This document shows, in pieces, positions 27,341 to 37,176 of a stretch of DNA of 64,000 nucleotides (positions are counted from its first letter, which is position 1; the number at the start of each line of letters is the position of its first letter). Below the pieces are notes generated by a model. The model did no database searches, was not told the DNA's origin, and worked only from the letters and a program-made list of their open reading frames with translations. This DNA is from an uncultured candidate division Zixibacteria bacterium (lineage in GTDB: Bacteria; Zixibacteria; MSB-5A5; SM1-73). A program made the position numbers and the translations under genes. The stretch spans positions 102,037 to 166,036 of the forward strand of contig CAIVRH010000029.1 of NCBI GenBank assembly GCA_903908285.1, in the 5' to 3' direction.

Positions 27341-29860
27341 TTAATTTTCCGTCTCAGTCTCAGACTCAGTCCCAGTGTCGGTCTGGTTTTCAATCCCGGT
27401 ATCAGCTCTGTCCTGATCCTTACCATTCCCTTCCTCGCTCTTCGCTACCCGGGCTACATCCACCACCTTATCGCCGGAATCCAAGTTAATCAACTTCACC
27501 CCCTGGGTGGCTCGACCGATCACCTTGATCTGGGTAACCGGCTGGCGGATGATGATTCCCTTTTGGGTTATCAGCATCAGCTCGTCGTCGGTCACCACTT
27601 CTTTTATAGTGATGACTTTCCCGTTTCTCTCCGTGGCCTTGATGTTGATGATCCCCTTGCCGCCCCGGTTGGTCACCCGGTAATCGGATATGGCGGTTCT
27701 CTTGCCGAAACCATTTTCCGTCACCGAAAGGAGAGTAGTATCCCGTTTCACCACCACCATTCCTATCACCCGGTCTTTCTTCTTCAAAGTGATCCCTTTC
27801 ACCCCGTAAGCCGTTCTTCCCATATCCCGAACCTTACCCTCGGGGAATCTGATGGCCTGCCCTTCTCTGGTACCCAGGATTATATCGCAAGTTCCGTCGG
27901 TGAGCCAAACTTCGATTAGATTATCATCCTCCGGGACGTTCATAGCGTTGATTCCGCCTTTTCGCGGATTGCTGAAGGCAGACAAGAGAGTTTTTTTGAT
28001 GATCCCGTTTTGGGTTGCCATCACCACAAAGTGTTTGTCATCGAATTCCCTCACCGGCACAAAAGCCGCCACCTTCTCTTCTCCAACTAATTCCAGCATA
28101 TTGATGATAGGTTTACCCTTGGCTAATCTGCCGCCCACGGGAATCTCGTGCACCTTGAGCCAGTGGCACCTGCCTTTGGGGGTGAAGAACAGGATATAGT
28201 TATGAGTGGAGGCGATGAATAGATGCTCGACGAAATCCTCATCTTTGGTCTCGATCCCGATCACCCCTCTACCGCCCCGACCCTGTCTGCGGTATGAAGT
28301 AACGCTCAGTCTCTTGATATATCCGGTATGGGTGATGGTGATCACCATGTCCTCTTCGGCAATCAAATCCTCGACCGTAAACTCCTCTTCTTCCTCCGCT
28401 CTGATCTCGGTCCTCCGCTCGTCTCCGTACTTTTTCTTAATTTCCAGCAGTTCCTCTTTGATTATGTTCATTCGCAAGACCTTGCTGGCCAAAATTCCTT
28501 TCAGCTTCTCGATCAGCTGGATCACTTCCAGATATTCCTGCTCGACCTTTTCTCTTTCCAGACCGGTGAGCCTCTGCAAGCGCATATCCAGAATTGCCTG
28601 AGCTTGGATCTCGGAGAGCTTGAACTTCTCCATCAAGCCTTTCCTGGCTTCATCCGGGTTCTTGGATGAGCGGATCAGCTTGATCACCGCATCTATATTA
28701 TCCAATGCAATCTTCAAACCTTCCAGTATATGGGCTCTTTGCTCCGCTTTTTTCAGCTCAAACTGGGTTCTTTTGGTGACCACATCGTGCCGGTGTTCGA
28801 CAAAGAACGCGAGCATCTCTTTAAGCGTCAGCACCTTGGGGGCGCCGTCCACCAAAGCCAGCATGATCACCCCAAAGGTGGTCTGCATCTGGGTGTGTTT
28901 GAACAACTGATTTAAGGCTACCTCCGCCTGAGCATCCCTTTTCAGCTCCACCACAATCCTCATTCCATCCCGGTCCGATTCGTCTCTTAAATCCGAGATA
29001 CCCTCAATTAACTTATCCCGCACCAGATCCACTATCCTTTCCAACAGATTGGTTTTGTTGATCTGATACGGTATCTCGGTGATCACGATGCTTTCCTTGC
29101 CGCTTTTCTGTCTTTCGATACTGGCTTTCGCCCGGATGATCACCCGTCCCCGTCCGGTTTTGTATGCTTCCACTATCCCGTGTTTTCCCTGAATGATCCC
29201 GCCGGTGGGAAAATCCGGACCATGGATATGACCTAAAAGCTCATCCTCCCCCAATTCCGGATCGGCAATCAGAGCCATCAGTGCATCCACCACTTCGTTC
29301 AAGTTATGCGGGGGAATATTGGTCGCCATTCCCACTGCAATGCCGGAAGCGCCGTTGCAAATCAGATTGGGGAACTTGCTGGGCAGAACTACCGGTTCCT
29401 GCCGAGTGTCATCATAATTGGGGATAAATTTGACCGTCTCTTTATCCAAATCCTCCAGCATCTCCATGGCTACATGAGACAGTCTGGCTTCGGTGTATCT
29501 CATCGCTGCCGGAGCATCGCCGTCGACCGAGCCGAAGTTTCCCTGACCATCGACCAGCATATAGCGCATGTTGAAGTCTTGTCCCATCCGCACCAGGGTG
29601 GGGTAGACCACCTGCTCGCCGTGGGGATGATAATTTCCCGAGGTGTCGCCGGCGATCTTGGCGCACTTACGGTGCGGCCTTCCCGGGGACAGGTTCAGAT
29701 CGTTCATCGCCACCATAATCCGCCGGTTGGAGGGCTTCAAGCCATCGCGTACATCCGGCAAAGCTCTGGCGGTGATCACCGACATGGAGTAATCGATGTA
29801 GGAGGATTTCATCTCCTCTTCGATATATACCGGTACTATCTTTTCTCTTTCCATTGCCAT
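27341..29860 (-). CDS. gyrA: DNA gyrase subunit A
   Basis: [28 protein letters not shown], active-site region AAMRYTE, six C-terminal beta-pinwheel repeats and an acidic tail. The QRDR reads [13 protein letters not shown]. Confidence 0.92.
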   Translation of the reverse strand: MAMEREKIVPVYIEEEMKSSYIDYSMSVITARALPDVRDGLKPSNRRIMVAMNDLNLSPGRPHRKCAKIAGDTSGNYHPHGEQVVYPTLVRMGQDFNMRYMLVDGQGNFGSVDGDAPAAMRYTEARLSHVAMEMLEDLDKETVKFIPNYDDTRQEPVVLPSKFPNLICNGASGIAVGMATNIPPHNLNEVVDALMALIADPELGEDELLGHIHGPDFPTGGIIQGKHGIVEAYKTGRGRVIIRAKASIERQKSGKESIVITEIPYQINKTNLLERIVDLVRDKLIEGISDLRDESDRDGMRIVVELKRDAQAEVALNQLFKHTQMQTTFGVIMLALVDGAPKVLTLKEMLAFFVEHRHDVVTKRTQFELKKAEQRAHILEGLKIALDNIDAVIKLIRSSKNPDEARKGLMEKFKLSEIQAQAILDMRLQRLTGLEREKVEQEYLEVIQLIEKLKGILASKVLRMNIIKEELLEIKKKYGDERRTEIRAEEEEEFTVEDLIAEEDMVITITHTGYIKRLSVTSYRRQGRGGRGVIGIETKDEDFVEHLFIASTHNYILFFTPKGRCHWLKVHEIPVGGRLAKGKPIINMLELVGEEKVAAFVPVREFDDKHFVVMATQNGIIKKTLLSAFSNPRKGGINAMNVPEDDNLIEVWLTDGTCDIILGTREGQAIRFPEGKVRDMGRTAYGVKGITLKKKDRVIGMVVVKRDTTLLSVTENGFGKRTAISDYRVTNRGGKGIINIKATERNGKVITIKEVVTDDELMLITQKGIIIRQPVTQIKVIGRATQGVKLINLDSGDKVVDVARVAKSEEGNGKDQDRADTGIENQTDTGTESETETEN

Positions 29861-30137
29861 GATATTATTTCCTTGTTTGTGCTATAGTGTCATGCTGAGC
29901 GTAGCGAAGCATCTGTCTTTCAATTCAAAATTTAATAAGAAAAGTGCAAAATTACAATTCAAAAATAAAAATTGTTTGCATTTGCAGATCAAGCTCCCGT
30001 AAAGTACCTGATAATTCATATTTTTTCCAATAACTCAATCTTGAATTTTAAACTGCAATTTTACATTTTGCTTTTTGAATTTTTAACATACCCCCTCATC
30101 CTATATCCTTCTCCCCAATGGGGAGAAGGAAATTCCA

Positions 30138-30197
30138 ACCTCTCCCCCTTAGTCCCCCCTATCTACAAATATGGAGAGGAGAAAACAGGGGAAGGTT
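30138..30197. repeat. family-1 nested palindrome, preceded by a 50-bp AT-rich repeat at 29905-29965
   Basis: cctctcccccttagtcccccctatct...ggagaggag...aggggaaggtt. Confidence 0.65.
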
Positions 30198-30227
30198 AAA
30201 ATAATCCAAAAGGTTTTAAATCATATT

Positions 30228-31862
30228 CTATTTCCGCAGCTGGGCTACCTCCTTCTCCAATGCCGATATCCTTTCCTGTTGATCTTTCACGATCTTCAAA
30301 AGATAAATCGCCACCTTATCGTATTTCACTGCATCCGGCTTGCCTTCACCGTCATGAATCACCAGATCCGGAAGCGCCTGCTCCACCTCTTCTGCGATGA
30401 GGCCAATATCTTCCTCTCCGGTGGTCTTCCAGGTAAATCCCACGGGATTCAAAAGTAGAACTTTCTCCGGATCAATCTCAAGCTCTTTTATCTTCTCTTT
30501 ATATCTTCTGCTCGAATTCTGCTTCCACAGTTTCCCGTTAGCATCCACTAAAACAGCGGCCCCGCCTCCGGTGGGGATCCCTCTCAATCTCGCTGTCCCG
30601 TTAACATCCAGTTTCTCGGTGGGACCGGTTATTCCGATGCCCACGTTGCGACCGGAGGCTTGCATGACGGTGTTGCCTGTTCCAGATTGGATGAAAAGAT
30701 CTCCGTTGTTGGCTTCCAGGTCTATGGCAGCACCATCCGTTCTTAGCATGATCTCTTTTGCCCCGGCCGAGGTTGAAGCTCGCAGACGGATGCGGTTGCC
30801 CACCACGTCCGTCTTGTAGGCAGGAGCGGAGGTGCCGATTCCGACATAGCCACTGTTAGTTATTTCCAATGCTCCTCCCAGGGTTAATAGATGAATGGAA
30901 CCGTTAGGCCGGTTGTTGAAAATACGCATATGATCCGGATAGCTGATGGCTCCTTCATCGTATAGAACCATTCCCGCCAGAGTCCCGTTTTCGTTCTCAA
31001 AGTAGATCCCTTCACTTGAGGATGACCCCGCGTCCAGATTCGTAATTTGTATACCCACTAAATCGTTTTTATCATCCGAGATATGCAGCATTTGTGAAGG
31101 TGACAGCGTACCAATGCCCACATAGCCATTGCTCTCGACTTTCATAAATCCTTCGGCGGCTCCTAAAAAAATGCTACCATTGGTCCTGTTATTCCAAACG
31201 CTCAGTTGATTGGGAAAATAGGAACTTCTCTCATTATTTACATGGATCCCTGCTAGCAACCCCCCTTCAGCCCCGAAGTAGATCCCTTCTTGGGATAAAA
31301 CGCCTGTGTCGGGATTTTCAATGACTATGCCGGCAAAGCCGTTTTTTTTGTCATAAATGTGCAGCTTCACGTGTGAAGAATCTATCCCAATTCCCACATT
31401 ATCGGTACTGGTGGTCAGCCTTATGTCCTCCCCATTATCGGTCCAACCACCGCCAGTAGGGGCAATTGGAGCTATCCTCGCGCTGTCTGCCACCCAGGCA
31501 CGATAAGCATAGCCTGTGCTGGTGATCCTCATGCGGGGCATGGTTTCGGCACCCAATCCGACCTCCAGCCAGTAAGATTGATCGAATGCCAGATTCAAAG
31601 CGCTTACCTTGCCTAAAGCTATATTAAACAAACCGTTCTGAACTTGAACTCCGTTTTGAGTTTCACTCCATTTGAGAGTTCCCCCTGTCGTATCATCGTA
31701 TATTTTGAAGGTCAAATTGTAAGAACCACTCAGGGGAGTACCGGCATCATCCGTAAGCATCCCCTGATAGTTAATCAGCTTAGGAATTTCAGCCAGACTG
31801 ATACCAAAAAACGCAAATGAGATGATTAAACCGGAAAGAATAATATAACGAATCATTACCAA
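30228..31862 (-). CDS. secreted tail-fibre-like surface protein with a C-terminal S74 intramolecular-chaperone (auto-processing) domain
   Basis: Signal peptide. Repeated N[VY]GIG motifs. The C-terminus RRYKEKIKELEIDPEKVLLLNPVGFTWKT...GLIAEEVEQALPDLV...YDKVAIYLLKIVKDQQERISALEKEVAQL matches the endosialidase/tail-fibre chaperone domain. Confidence 0.55.
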   Translation of the reverse strand: MVMIRYIILSGLIISFAFFGISLAEIPKLINYQGMLTDDAGTPLSGSYNLTFKIYDDTTGGTLKWSETQNGVQVQNGLFNIALGKVSALNLAFDQSYWLEVGLGAETMPRMRITSTGYAYRAWVADSARIAPIAPTGGGWTDNGEDIRLTTSTDNVGIGIDSSHVKLHIYDKKNGFAGIVIENPDTGVLSQEGIYFGAEGGLLAGIHVNNERSSYFPNQLSVWNNRTNGSIFLGAAEGFMKVESNGYVGIGTLSPSQMLHISDDKNDLVGIQITNLDAGSSSSEGIYFENENGTLAGMVLYDEGAISYPDHMRIFNNRPNGSIHLLTLGGALEITNSGYVGIGTSAPAYKTDVVGNRIRLRASTSAGAKEIMLRTDGAAIDLEANNGDLFIQSGTGNTVMQASGRNVGIGITGPTEKLDVNGTARLRGIPTGGGAAVLVDANGKLWKQNSSRRYKEKIKELEIDPEKVLLLNPVGFTWKTTGEEDIGLIAEEVEQALPDLVIHDGEGKPDAVKYDKVAIYLLKIVKDQQERISALEKEVAQLRK

Positions 31863-32158
31863 CCTCCTTTGGTGGATTTATTTATCGGATAATGTTTTAC
31901 CTCAAGTAGAAAGATCAAGAATCATACAATGGCCTATTGAAGGTTTGAGCCATATAGTTTTAAAAGGGCCGGGTAACTCTCCTATAAGCGGGGAGATCGT
32001 AATCCAATCCACGGTCTAATGTGACGAGATGGGCATAACCTCGTACCATCTGGTGCAGGGCGTAACGATGCATCCTGTTCTTCAATTCAAAATTTAATAA
32101 GAAAAGTGCAAAATTACAATTCAAAAATCAAAATATTCTGGTAGGAGGGGAAATTCAA

Positions 32159-32232
32159 ACCTCTCCCCCTTAGTCCCCCCTACGGGCGTCTGCCTCTCCG
32201 TTTTACGGAGAGGGGGAGATAGGGGGTGAGGT
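32159..32232. repeat. family-1 nested palindrome, preceded by the same 50-bp AT-rich repeat at 32082-32140
   Basis: cctctcccccttagtcccccctacgggcgtctgcctctccgttttacggagagggggagatagggggtgaggt. Confidence 0.7.
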
Positions 32233-33503
32233 CAGAAAAGTCCCAACTGTTTCGTCTCCGCCTTCTCCTTTTCCGCGAATATCTGAATTTTCCCGTAAAC
32301 CCCGTCATAGCCGGGGATAATTTTCAAATCTCCTTCTCTCACTCTCTTGATTCCTTCAAGTATCTTGGGTGGGGTGTTCTTTTCTAATTCCGGTAAAGGA
32401 AGATCGAACAGTATTCGAAACTCGGAGCCGAAGATGGAAACCAGCCGCAGATACTCGTTATCCACCCCTTTGGTCTCCGTCCCCAAGTTCAATGCTTCCG
32501 CAATTATCTCCATCAGAGGGATCATGTTTTTATACGGAATTGCGCCAGGGGGAGTAAATCCGGATGGCCGATCTGCCAAGCATTCGACCCGGTTCATCAC
32601 TCCGATGGTTAATTTCCTCCCGCAAACCGGGCAGATATTTTTATTCTTTCTCGATTCCGCGGGCGCAAAGAGAATATCACAGCTCCGGTGACCGTCGTAA
32701 TGATATTTCCCCTCCTCCGGGAAGAATTCGATGGTGGAGAGAAATTTGGTCTTATCTTTGGTTCGGATGGCTTGGATGATCTCCTTAAAGTCTAATTCAC
32801 AGTCGAATACATTCGCTTCTCGGCCGATACGGCTGGGAGAATGGGCATCCGAGTTGGAGATCAAGGCAATCTTGTCTAACTTGGACCAGCGCCAGTTCAT
32901 CTGCGGGTCGGAGGATAGGCCGGTTTCGATACAGGAGATGTGTTTGGTCTGCTCCTCGTAGCACTCTTCGATGGAATCGAAGCCGGAATTGGCACCGAAT
33001 ACCGAGAACCACGGGGTCCAGGCATGAGCGGGTACGATGAAACATTCATTCGATATGTCGGTGATGATCTCCACCAATTCCTTGGCGGGAAATCCGAAGA
33101 TCGGCCGACCATCCGAGCCTAATTTCCCAAATTGACGGAGCTCCTCATTTATCTTTTCCACGATCTCAAAGGTGGGGGCAAAGATCATGGTGTGAATTCG
33201 TCTGGAACCGCCCCCCTGCTGAAACATGTTGCTCACCTCGGTGGTGAGCATGAAATGAATTTCGTTTTGCTGACCGTTTCCGACCGACTTTTTATACTCT
33301 TTCTTTAAAGTGAAAAGACCATTCCCGGTTGGCTGTAATTTCTGTCTCAACTCGGTAAAATAAAAAGGATGGGTGAAATCTCCGGTACCCAGCAAGCCCA
33401 CCCCTTTGAGATTAGCCCAGCGAGCCATATTCTCCACATCCATATCCTTGGAGGTGGCTCGGCTGTATTTGGAATGCACGTGAAAATCGGCAATGAATTT
33501 CAT
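32232..33503 (-). CDS. PHP-domain nuclease, endonuclease Q-like
   Basis: ADFHVHSKYSRA...GTGDFTHP is a PHP metal-binding motif. A C-terminal CPVCGRKLTIGVMNRVEC zinc ribbon is present. At 423 aa the size matches EndoQ. Confidence 0.5.
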   Translation of the reverse strand: MKFIADFHVHSKYSRATSKDMDVENMARWANLKGVGLLGTGDFTHPFYFTELRQKLQPTGNGLFTLKKEYKKSVGNGQQNEIHFMLTTEVSNMFQQGGGSRRIHTMIFAPTFEIVEKINEELRQFGKLGSDGRPIFGFPAKELVEIITDISNECFIVPAHAWTPWFSVFGANSGFDSIEECYEEQTKHISCIETGLSSDPQMNWRWSKLDKIALISNSDAHSPSRIGREANVFDCELDFKEIIQAIRTKDKTKFLSTIEFFPEEGKYHYDGHRSCDILFAPAESRKNKNICPVCGRKLTIGVMNRVECLADRPSGFTPPGAIPYKNMIPLMEIIAEALNLGTETKGVDNEYLRLVSIFGSEFRILFDLPLPELEKNTPPKILEGIKRVREGDLKIIPGYDGVYGKIQIFAEKEKAETKQLGLF

Positions 33504-33540
33504 TTTTTATCCTCTATTAACACGATGTCAGATAAATAAT

Positions 33541-35172
33541 TCAATAGTTTTTCCAAGCTTCCTTAATTTTCCAGGATTTGTCGGTTTTAATCTCTTTGAC
33601 CCAAATTTCTGATACCTCATAAGGTTGCATGTCAAATTTGCTCTCCGTTACATAGACCTCATACTTTTTACTTTTCGAGACCGGGATTGTCTTAAAAGGT
33701 GTAGTTTGCTCTTTGACTTCCAATTTATCAATTGCTATCTTACAGTATTTATCTCCACTCTGGATAATGATCTCATTATCGCTCAACCAACCAGGTTTTC
33801 GCCCATTAGCCACGGTTATACGGGCAAGGTTCTGTCCCTTTTTATCTATAGTGTAAAGTGAATTTTTGTTCTCAAATAAAAGCTTTTCATTGTTTGCCAA
33901 CCATTGAGGTTTAGTTCCTCCGGAAGTAGTTAAAGGATAACTCCTAAAGGCAGTTGTGTTCAATATCCATATGTTACTTTTGGTTTCGTAAGCAAGTAAT
34001 AAACCATCAGATGAAAAAGCCAAATTCCGTAATGATTCTATCTCGAGCAGTACAGTTTTGAAGGAATTGTTCTTAAGATTAACCACATTCAAATTACCGA
34101 AAGTTTTATCAATCTTTCCATCCTGGTTAGTATCCTTTTGATATTGAGAGACAAAGAAAATATCCTCCTGATTCGGACTCCAAACCATTTCTGATATGGT
34201 CATTGAATCGTAATGAACCGGGATAAAAGAAGAGTCTGCCAGGACATAAAGCCATATCGCACATTTGTCCTTGATTAAAATTCTGTTTCCATCCTGCGAC
34301 CAAATGAATCGAAGACCGGAAATCGGACCATCCAGCAGAATATACTGCATCTGTTTCACCAATTCAGTGTCACCATGCCAGACTGCTTCATTTAAAACCT
34401 TGGCAGCCCAATCCGGAAGCTCTACCCATCTGGCGAATATTGTCTTGAATATGGATCCAATAAAACGAAACTTGAAGTAAGAATCCGCCTGATATAGAAC
34501 TTTGTCCCCGCCGGGACTTATTATGGGTTCACTGCAGGATGTATCCGGATAACCAGAAAGTACAACAAATGTTCTTTCATCACTCAGGTCTATACAGTTT
34601 ACATCACCGCCTTGGTCAAAAAAGATCTCGTTTGAATTCGGGTGCCATGCCAGTGCACAGGGAAGTAAATCCACTTTAAGAATGGTTTCTTCGAAGGTCG
34701 CTGCATCAATGATCGAAGAAATTCGTTTCCCATCGAAGCCTAACGCTCGGATGAAAAGAAACTTTTTGCTATCGGGAGCCCAGGAAACCATAATGATCGG
34801 ATTATTTCTGTCGTCAAAACCGCCGGAAGGAAAACGGTTAAAGATTTCTTTTGGCAGGGTTTTGTTTACCAAATCAAGAAGATATAGTCCATAATGGGTT
34901 TGAATCAATATTTTGGATTTATCCGGAGAGAGCCAGGAGTTCTCAATATCAAAGGATAATGGTCTCAATTCTTTGGTGTTTATGTCCACGAGAAAGATGT
35001 CACTGTCTTTTAAAGAATCTCCGTATTCCGGCTCCTCAACATTGTAGCAAGATTCAAAAACCACCTTCGTCTCATTTGGGTCCAAAACTGGTCTTTTGTA
35101 AGTTGCCCATTCAGCCATCCAAGCCCTTGATGATGTATTAACCACAGTAATCAAAAGGAATACTAAAACCAT
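33541..35172 (-). CDS. secreted PD40/TolB-like beta-propeller protein (paralog 1)
   Basis: Repeated WSPD/WAPDSKK/WHPNSNEIFF/WSQDGNRIL blades. The likely true start is the internal Met at 35172 (MVLVFLLITVV, signal-like). The ORF caller's start at 35265 lies in a ~58-bp duplicated copy of the PHP gene 5' end. Confidence 0.5.
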   Translation of the reverse strand: MVLVFLLITVVNTSSRAWMAEWATYKRPVLDPNETKVVFESCYNVEEPEYGDSLKDSDIFLVDINTKELRPLSFDIENSWLSPDKSKILIQTHYGLYLLDLVNKTLPKEIFNRFPSGGFDDRNNPIIMVSWAPDSKKFLFIRALGFDGKRISSIIDAATFEETILKVDLLPCALAWHPNSNEIFFDQGGDVNCIDLSDERTFVVLSGYPDTSCSEPIISPGGDKVLYQADSYFKFRFIGSIFKTIFARWVELPDWAAKVLNEAVWHGDTELVKQMQYILLDGPISGLRFIWSQDGNRILIKDKCAIWLYVLADSSFIPVHYDSMTISEMVWSPNQEDIFFVSQYQKDTNQDGKIDKTFGNLNVVNLKNNSFKTVLLEIESLRNLAFSSDGLLLAYETKSNIWILNTTAFRSYPLTTSGGTKPQWLANNEKLLFENKNSLYTIDKKGQNLARITVANGRKPGWLSDNEIIIQSGDKYCKIAIDKLEVKEQTTPFKTIPVSKSKKYEVYVTESKFDMQPYEVSEIWVKEIKTDKSWKIKEAWKNY

Positions 35173-35300
35173 CAACCTTATGAGTCTTTTTACAATCCTT
35201 TTTTCCGTCGTGCAGGTGGCCCGGCTGTATTTGGAATGCACGTGAAAATCGGCTATGAATTTCATTTTATCCTATTTGATTATGAATGTAGTTTGAAGAA

Positions 35301-37016
35301 TCACCAGTTCTTGATGGCTTCTGCTATTTTCCAGGATTTTGAAGTTGCAATTTCCTTCACCCAAATTTCGTTTACTTTTATGGGAGAAAATCCAGATGTG
35401 AATTCTTTTATATAAACCTCATACTTTTCTCCTTTTACTCTTGGGGCTTTTTTAGGAGGAACATTCATTTCGGTTACTCCCAGTTTATCCAAGTTGACCT
35501 TCCAGTATTTCCCCTCGTTTTTTACTGAAATTTCATTATTACTCAGCCAGACTGGTTGCATTGCTTTATCCATAGTCAAACGCATAAGATTCTTACCATC
35601 AACATCAATAGTATAAAGGGAACCTTTTTCCCCGGAATCATAAACCCTTCCTCCATTCTTGAACATGATCTTTTTGTCATTTTTCAGCCATTGCGCATTT
35701 TTTCCACCAAATGGAGTCAATTTACTGGTAATTAGGGTTTCTAGGTTTAGCAACCAGATATTTTCATCCTTTTCAAAAGCCAAAAATTTACCATCAGAAG
35801 AGAAACTGAGAAAATTAATAAGATTTGTCTGTTGTACAAGAACTCTCGGTTTACCCTCCTTTAGGTCCAAGACGTTCAAATTGGTGAAACCTTCAGGCAA
35901 CCAGTCGAATACACCATTACCATTGCGATCATGCCATTCAACAGTCGACAAAAATATTCTCTCAAGTCTCGGATCAAACACAACATCCGCAATGACAGTG
36001 GCAGTATCTCTCCAGAGGGGAGTGAATTTGTCCGCTGTAAGATCATAAATCCAGATTTGATCCTTACCTTTAATTAAGACCCGTTGACCATCCGGAGACC
36101 ACAAAACCTGTATTTTTGCAAAGAAAAAGGGGCGTCCAAAATCTCTTTGAAGCATAACACAATCCATTCGTTTTAAAACATCTTCTCCCCCTTGAGACCA
36201 AAGCAGTTTATTCAATTCTTCATAAGCCCAATCAGGAAGGTCAACCTCTCTGCAGACGATTTTCCGGTTATGTCGACCGGGAGAATGATCCAAGTTTTGG
36301 ATCTTGAAATAATCCATGTATTTATATAACATTTTTTGATTATCCGGACTGATATTAAAAAAATCAAATCTTTCGTCCGGGTTTCCTGAAGCCATAAGAT
36401 CTCTCCTCATTGTCGCTATATCCCAGAAATAGATCTCCGGATATGGTTCAGGCATCAAATAAAGAAAAGCGCTCCCATCCGAAAGCCACTGAAAGGGTAA
36501 ATCGACCAGCACAAAATCTGAGTCTAAAGCCGTCTCTTCAAAGGTCTTGACATTGACGAGCGATGCTTTGGCTTTTCCGGTTGAATCGGACCGGGTTGTC
36601 AAAAGGAACTCCTTACCGGTTGGAGACCAGGAGAATTGTTCGATCTGGCTACCTTCTGCAATTTGTTTTACTTTAGCACCGGTTTCCAAATCCACCAAGA
36701 ACAGCCCGCCAGGCATGGGACATAAGAGTAAGGATTTGTCAGGAGATAGATTCTGTAAACTCGAGGTAGATGTGGTTACACTTTCCAGGTTTTTTCCATC
36801 GATATCAACTATGTAAATATCGTTACCCTGCACGGAGTCATCACAGCCTTCACCTTCGAAAAAATTACATCGTTCAAAAACGACTTTGGATTCATCCGGT
36901 GAAAGATCTAAGTTTTTATATATAGCCCATGAATTCTCAAATGCTCCCGCGATTTGACAGTAAAATAAACTGACTCCAAAAAAGATTAACAGGATCAGCC
37001 ATTTTATGTTTTTCAT
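35301..37016 (-). CDS. secreted PD40/TolB-like beta-propeller protein (paralog 2)
   Basis: Signal peptide. Same repeat architecture and a conserved C-terminus (…IWVKEI.T.KSWKI.EA.KNW) shared with paralog 1. Confidence 0.5.
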   Translation of the reverse strand: MKNIKWLILLIFFGVSLFYCQIAGAFENSWAIYKNLDLSPDESKVVFERCNFFEGEGCDDSVQGNDIYIVDIDGKNLESVTTSTSSLQNLSPDKSLLLCPMPGGLFLVDLETGAKVKQIAEGSQIEQFSWSPTGKEFLLTTRSDSTGKAKASLVNVKTFEETALDSDFVLVDLPFQWLSDGSAFLYLMPEPYPEIYFWDIATMRRDLMASGNPDERFDFFNISPDNQKMLYKYMDYFKIQNLDHSPGRHNRKIVCREVDLPDWAYEELNKLLWSQGGEDVLKRMDCVMLQRDFGRPFFFAKIQVLWSPDGQRVLIKGKDQIWIYDLTADKFTPLWRDTATVIADVVFDPRLERIFLSTVEWHDRNGNGVFDWLPEGFTNLNVLDLKEGKPRVLVQQTNLINFLSFSSDGKFLAFEKDENIWLLNLETLITSKLTPFGGKNAQWLKNDKKIMFKNGGRVYDSGEKGSLYTIDVDGKNLMRLTMDKAMQPVWLSNNEISVKNEGKYWKVNLDKLGVTEMNVPPKKAPRVKGEKYEVYIKEFTSGFSPIKVNEIWVKEIATSKSWKIAEAIKNW

Positions 37017-37176
37017 GAGTTTTCGTAATCTATATTTCGTTTTCTGCTTGATGATAAGTATAAATTATTCTCCACCTCTTGTCAACTTAAACTTGCTCTT
37101 TATTTGTATTGTATTTTCCCCATACCCCCGCAAACTAAAGTTTGCGGCTACAAAGCTCAATTCTCTTTGGGAATGG

